A stretch of 63,853 bases of DNA, the filler included, from Licmophora abbreviata (lineage: Eukaryota), in the NCBI GenBank assembly GCA_900291995.1. It is 34 parts of 34 records of this genome, joined end to end, with 100 filler letters (N's around TTAATTAATTAA, not from the genome) between each part and the next. Parts side by side here need not be neighbours in the genome. Positions count along the whole stretch, not along the records: positions 59,068 to 62,634 come from OLMU01005797.1; positions 62,735 to 63,853 come from OLMU01005804.1; 32 more parts are not named here. One strand, 5' to 3'. Within the stretch, counting starts at the first letter, position 1, and the number at the start of each line of letters is the position of its first letter. Shown here piece by piece: positions 59,068 through 63,853 of this stretch. Position numbers and translations under genes: made by a program. Under the pieces are notes generated by a model. It made no database searches. It was not told where the DNA came from and saw only the letters and a list, made by a program, of their open reading frames with translations.

Positions 59068-59926
59068 TCTTCCAAAATGATTGTGCTGGCGGTCGTTGTT
59101 GCTTCAAGGTGGGCGGCGGCGTTGGTGGCGGGCGGTAGGAGCTGACCTTGGTCCGACACGTCGGACAGGCTTGTACAATCCCACGGAGCTCATCCCTTTC
59201 TTTGACGACCAGAGTCTTTTCCTGAACAAGATGATCGAGTTTCCCCAACAATCTGCATTGATCCGTCTCGAGCTCAATCAACCACTCGACTCGATTGACG
59301 CCAAGTGCAGAATTCAACTTGCGTTGCAGACTTTCAATCTCAAGACCAAGATTTCGAACTGTTGCTTGAGACGTATTCCGTTCCTCTGTGACTGTGATTA
59401 AGGACGCCTGTACAGATTGATGTTCGAGTTGAACTTTTTGTAGTTTCAAGGATGCATTCTCTTGCATGGTCACCAAGGCTTGATGACTGCTGCGCAGTTG
59501 CTCGCGCAGAGCCTGGATGGACTTTCGTTGTTGTTTCATCAGCACACTACTGTTGGTGGGTGCATTTTGTAATGTACTACTATCAGTAGCCGTAGGATCA
59601 TCATGTTCCTCGTGAGAGGTACTATGGTTCGAACAAGTAAGCGAGTCGGCAGATGTAGTAGTAGCAGCTTGAACTCGTCTCGATGATGGTCGGTGAACGT
59701 CGTCCGAGGGGTCGATGGACTCTTCCTCAACACCGTTGTTGCCGTTCATACTCAAACCTTGTTCTTCCTCGTCGCTACTAGTACTCATTAGTGTACCAAG
59801 ACTCTGTTGCTGAATCTGCTCGAGCTGTTGACGCTTGTTCTGACTCGCTTGCTCCACCGCATCCGCCAACTGCAACAGCTGTTGCGCCTTTTGTTGTGCT
59901 GCTGTAGAAGCTGTCACTGCTTGCAT
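59068..59926 (-). CDS. Coiled-coil protein of unknown function, 3' truncated
   Basis: Gln/Glu/Leu-rich heptads, then CPTC and a Pro-rich stretch. No stop before the linker. Confidence 0.6.
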
Positions 59927-60543
59927 TGTCGTGGACGCAGTTGGTATCGTGCACTCTAGTCTACTGCTGCTGCTGCTGTGATTGTATCAAGCCAAACAGG
60001 AGAGTGTGCAGTATGATATGAAAAGCGTATACCTGGTACCGGTACTTCGATAGATGACCCTCGAATGTGGTGTGTGTTTTGGAAAATATATGGAGTCATT
60101 CACCTCATCCGAAAGAATGAATAATGACCTTTGATGTTTTTCAGATATCATATGTGTGACCTCTCGAGCTATATATTGAATATGATAGAGTATATATGAA
60201 TTTTACTAATGAACCCTTCGACTCAAAATCACAACGGCATCTACTTTACCATGGTAGCCCGAACTCTAATGAGTGACCTCTGGTCCACTACTCGTAAAAA
60301 AGATGATGTTTCAAACGTTGTTGTTCTTCTTCTTGGAACAGCGCGACCAACGCATCAGCATCACAACCACAGCCAACGCTTCGGAACGACGAAGTAAGGC
60401 AGAAGTTCTTTATTGATCGATTATCGTTGTTGAAAAGTACAGAAGCAGCAAGGGGTGAGACAGTGACGGACTAGTTAGCATCGTCGTCTCGCCTGTCGTA
60501 CCGGGGTACTACTTCTAGGAGGAAACTTCGTTCCGTTTGGAGC

Positions 60544-62518
60544 ATGCTTCGAGCAAAAAGTGTACTTTTCACGAAACGCCTCGCCTGGGGAGTCGGCGGC
60601 GTCACCCTGCTGGGGGGCATCGCTGCTAGTACTACAGAGTCGGCTGCAGGCTTGCGTCGAGAGGCTCAGTTCTGGAGCCGCATCGCTCCCATCGTGGCCG
60701 ACTATTATTTCAACATCGCCTCGTCCTCTCCACTCGTCCGGTATCGAACTTGGCGTGATGGTGCCGATGATACTAAGGCTCACAAGAAAGAGCGCCAGCA
60801 GCAATTGCACGAACGGCATGCACCAGAAGTCTTCCAAGCCATGATTGATCTCAAGGGTTTGTACGTGAAACTCGGACAAGTCCTCAGTGTCACGGCCCTG
60901 CCGATACCAGAAGCATACCGCGTCTTGTTTCGGACCTTGCAGAGCAATGTGCCGGGGTGGGAGGAGTTTGATGCTGTAATCAAACCCACGTTGGAGAGAG
61001 AATTGAAACGGCCACTCGACGAGGTGTTTTGTGAAATTGATCCGATTCCCTGTGGAGCGGCCTCGATTGGTCAAGCGCATCGAGCAACACTGCAATCAAC
61101 AACAGAAGAAGGACAGAAACAAGAAGTCATTGTCAAGGTCCAGTACCCGGATGCTGCTTGGCAAGTTCCCGCAGACATTCAGTGCGTGGGAGACTTTCTC
61201 AAGATTTGTGTGTGGGCAGGAGTGGTTGATGAAACTTCCGCCAGAATGTCCTTTGAGGAATTTTCAAAACAATTCTTGGCCGAGTTGGATTACAACCGCG
61301 AGAGACACAACCTTCAAGAGGTCTATCAGTCGTCTCTCGATCCGACGGCACCATATAGGAAGCGAAACGTAGTACTGCCGGCAGTCCATGAGGACTTGTG
61401 TACCGATAAAGTCATTACCATGACCTACTTGCCCGGTCCAAAGTTGGAAGAAGAGGCCAAGCGTCAGCTTGCCATGTTGGGGATCGACACGTCCAAAGGG
61501 ATTGCCGACATTGTGCGGGATGCGGCCAAGGATGCTGCCAATCCAGAGGAAGAGGAATCAGGAGAGCTTGTGCGACGCGTCACGAGTAGATTGGATCCCG
61601 AGACAGGGAAGTTGGCGAGCAGAATGACGACGAAAGGATCGGATCGTACTAAGTCCGAGACACGGAGCTCTTCGTGGAAAGCGACTGTCTTAAGGATTGT
61701 CGGGAAGACACTTGGTGTCGAGACCTTCCTTTCGGCTATTCGATTTGGGCGTAGACTCGTGCTTTGGTCACAGGCAGTAGCTGTTGCCTCCATCCAAGTG
61801 TCGCCACGCGTCGTCGTCCCGTCTTCATGGGAATCATGGGCGGAGGAACATCGTACTGCGGCCGAACAAGTCAAGCGATTGTCATTGACGAAAGGCTGGA
61901 TGGATGCTCTTTTCGATGTTCATGGACATCAAGTGTTCAATCTAGGCCTCTTCAACAGCGACGCGCATCCAGGTACAAGTTCCAGCCGAGAACTCATGCT
62001 CGGTTGAAAGACGGTACTAACGATTCATTTTATCGTGCACTTTTACTAATACAGGAAACATCTTGGTAATCCAAGAAGATGGAGACACAACACCCACAAC
62101 CAAGCTTGGTTTGATTGACTACGGTCAGTGTAAACGGCTTAGCCCAGACGAGCAAGTTCGAGTGGCCCGACTAGTACTGAGCGTAGCAAAGGACGAATCT
62201 GACCTAGCAGTTGCGTCCGCATTTCGTGACTTGGACATCAAGACAAAGAATGATTCGACTGAATTTCTTGCTGAATTTGGACGTCTCATGTTTGGGCCAT
62301 TTAAACCCGAGCATCTCGATCACAGCTGGCATAGGCGACTCCACAAAATGGACAAGGTTCTATACTTTCCAACGGAGCTTTCCATGGTATATCGAACTTC
62401 GTTGTTATTACGTGGTTTGGGAGTGTCTTTACAATTGAACTATTCCATTAGCGATCAATGGAAAGAACATGCTCAGGAGGCCTTGGATCGGAATGAAGCG
62501 ACCCTTAAACCAACCTAG
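60544..62518 (+). CDS. ABC1/UbiB-family atypical kinase (intron 61973-62054)
   Basis: [40 protein letters not shown], spliced [19 protein letters not shown]. Confidence 0.92.
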
Positions 62519-63068
62519 AAAATGGCACATAGTATTGGTTCGAGCTCGGGGATGTACTGTTGGTTGGGAGCGGCTCTCATCCTACCTAACATCTCACCCT
62601 TTGACATATCACGTAACGTTGCCATGAAGGTAACNNNNNNNNNNNNNNNNNNNNNNNNNNNNNNNNNNNNNNNNNNNNTTAATTAATTAANNNNNNNNNN
62701 NNNNNNNNNNNNNNNNNNNNNNNNNNNNNNNNNNCCTGCGGCGTCCTCCTTCAACATCTGCTGAAGAGCCACAGATACAGCCCCCTCTAGAAGTCTACTT
62801 CCTTCATACTACCAGTCCCGCTTCGCTCAATCGAGCCCCCCCCTAAGAAAAGAGCACCTTCGAGATACGGTACTGGTAGAAGACGGCAAATGGCAACTCC
62901 AAGTGAGCAAAACAAACTTACCAAGATAAGAAAAGACGTATTAGGTTGTATCTTACCAACGAAACAAACCCAAACAAACTCAAGAATGCAATTGGATGAC
63001 ATTGGATCGGTTGATATCTTCAGAAAGTAAGTATCCAAGTCAATATCTCAAACTGCCGCGCGAAATCC

Positions 63069-63108
63069 ACGAGAACCACGAGAACCACGAGAACCATGAG
63101 AACCATGA
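63069..63108 (+). repeat. 9-bp tandem repeat (A(C/T)GAGAACC) about 4.5 copies
   Basis: acgagaacc acgagaacc acgagaacc atgagaacc atga. Confidence 0.85.
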
Positions 63109-63564
63109 AACGATCGCACCTCACGAGCCAACCAGACCAGGAACTGGAGGTGCTACTTGACTCTACAAGACAAGCAAAGAGAGGGAGGTCAGCTGAGGGC
63201 GCGACGTGATTTATGGCGAAGATTCTATCTCGCCTCCTCTGCCGCAACAGAGAAAGGCAAGGAAAAAAGCGTTGGATCCAGCCGGTACGGTCACCTTTCA
63301 AAGTCTGTCGACGAAGACGGAAAGGCTTCACAATGGAGGACGCACGAAAGACGAAGGAGCTAGGAATGTCGTAGCTAGTCTAAAGATCCGCTTCAAAACA
63401 GCATGTGTGCTTACTCCGTTACGTACGTCTACCTACTGATTATGACCGATCCAAGATGCAAAACGAATTCGGCCGCCACATTGCGTGAGCATGCCTCGCC
63501 TTTGACCAGCGACAGAAACATTGGGTCAGCAACATCTTGACCCAACAACAGATTATTCAGATTA

Positions 63565-63853
63565 TTACGTTCCTGCAGAACAGGTCCTCTTGCTGAGAGG
63601 ATTGCATGTCTTGGGGCAGCACGTCTTGGGGCAAGTGCGGCGAATTTTCTGCCTGGCGCAAAACTCACGCTTCTTCGCGGCAGAGATCATCGCAAGATCC
63701 TCGCAGGTGCGTCCGGCGGAAACCTTGGTGTTGTCATCTTCGCAAACAAGCACGGGGGACTCTGTGGGGGCAAGCGACATGCTAGGCTCTGCCGTCTGCA
63801 AGGCCCTTCCATGCGTTTCTTGGACCTCAAGAAGAACACGAGCCTCTGGAGTC
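63565..63853 (-). CDS. Secreted-type Cys-rich protein, 3' part (runs off window end)
   Basis: GRALQ (RXL), PSMSLAPTESP spacer, then CEDD...TCEDL...FC...TCPKTC module. Confidence 0.55.
   Translation of the reverse strand, partial: TPEARVLLEVQETHGRALQTAEPSMSLAPTESPVLVCEDDNTKVSAGRTCEDLAMISAAKKREFCARQKIRRTCPKTCCPKTCNPLSKRTCSAGT

Noticed and set aside
59927..60543. AT-richer stretch as a transposon remnant or origin
   Set aside because: No terminal repeats or coding remnants; consistent with an ordinary divergent promoter region.
1944..62734. Regularly recurring TTAATTAATTAA as a biological repeat or CRISPR-like array
   Set aside because: Always centred in exactly 44+44 Ns with stops in six frames: an assembly spacer. 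ORF ends such as 'XXXLIN' are artefacts.
62735..63440. Short hydrophobic ORFs around the 9-bp repeat
   Set aside because: The VLVVLV pattern is produced by the tandem repeat; no coherent gene model could be supported.

Overview
This window is eukaryotic nuclear DNA of roughly balanced GC, most consistent with a diatom or related photosynthetic stramenopile. Support: short (76-119 bp) GT-AG introns, bipartite signal+'AF/GF/AY' plastid-targeting N-termini and an RXL motif. It is not one contig. 34 small contigs are joined by 33 artificial 100-bp linkers (N44-TTAATTAATTAA-N44), and many neighbours are in genomic order: genes run across linkers and two junctions have overlapping ends. About 40 genes or gene fragments are recognisable. 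They include NDP-glucose 4,6-dehydratase, AFG1 ATPase, phytochelatin synthase, tryptophanase, adenylosuccinate lyase, thioredoxin, Ric8, three GT32-like glycosyltransferases, INTS6, RPC3, PhoX-like phosphatase, cytochrome b561, MsrB, heme peroxidase, a GRAM/VASt protein, WDR55, CLU1, APE2, GT61 and an ABC1 kinase. I saw no rRNA, tRNA, CRISPR array, prophage or clear transposon. The most interesting leads are: (i) a putative UBX-like + ZFAND1-type UBL + family-16 lysine methyltransferase fusion (a possible self-targeting p97/Cdc48 methyltransferase); (ii) a Tudor domain encoded through a 6-nt micro-exon, upstream of an MBD-like + SET-like ORF; (iii) an Rpa14/Ker1-like small protein head-to-head with WDR55; (iv) an intronless bacterial-type tryptophanase with a mitochondrial-like presequence; (v) INTS6 apparently ending in a WW domain. 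All family calls are by-eye motif recognition, not database searches.
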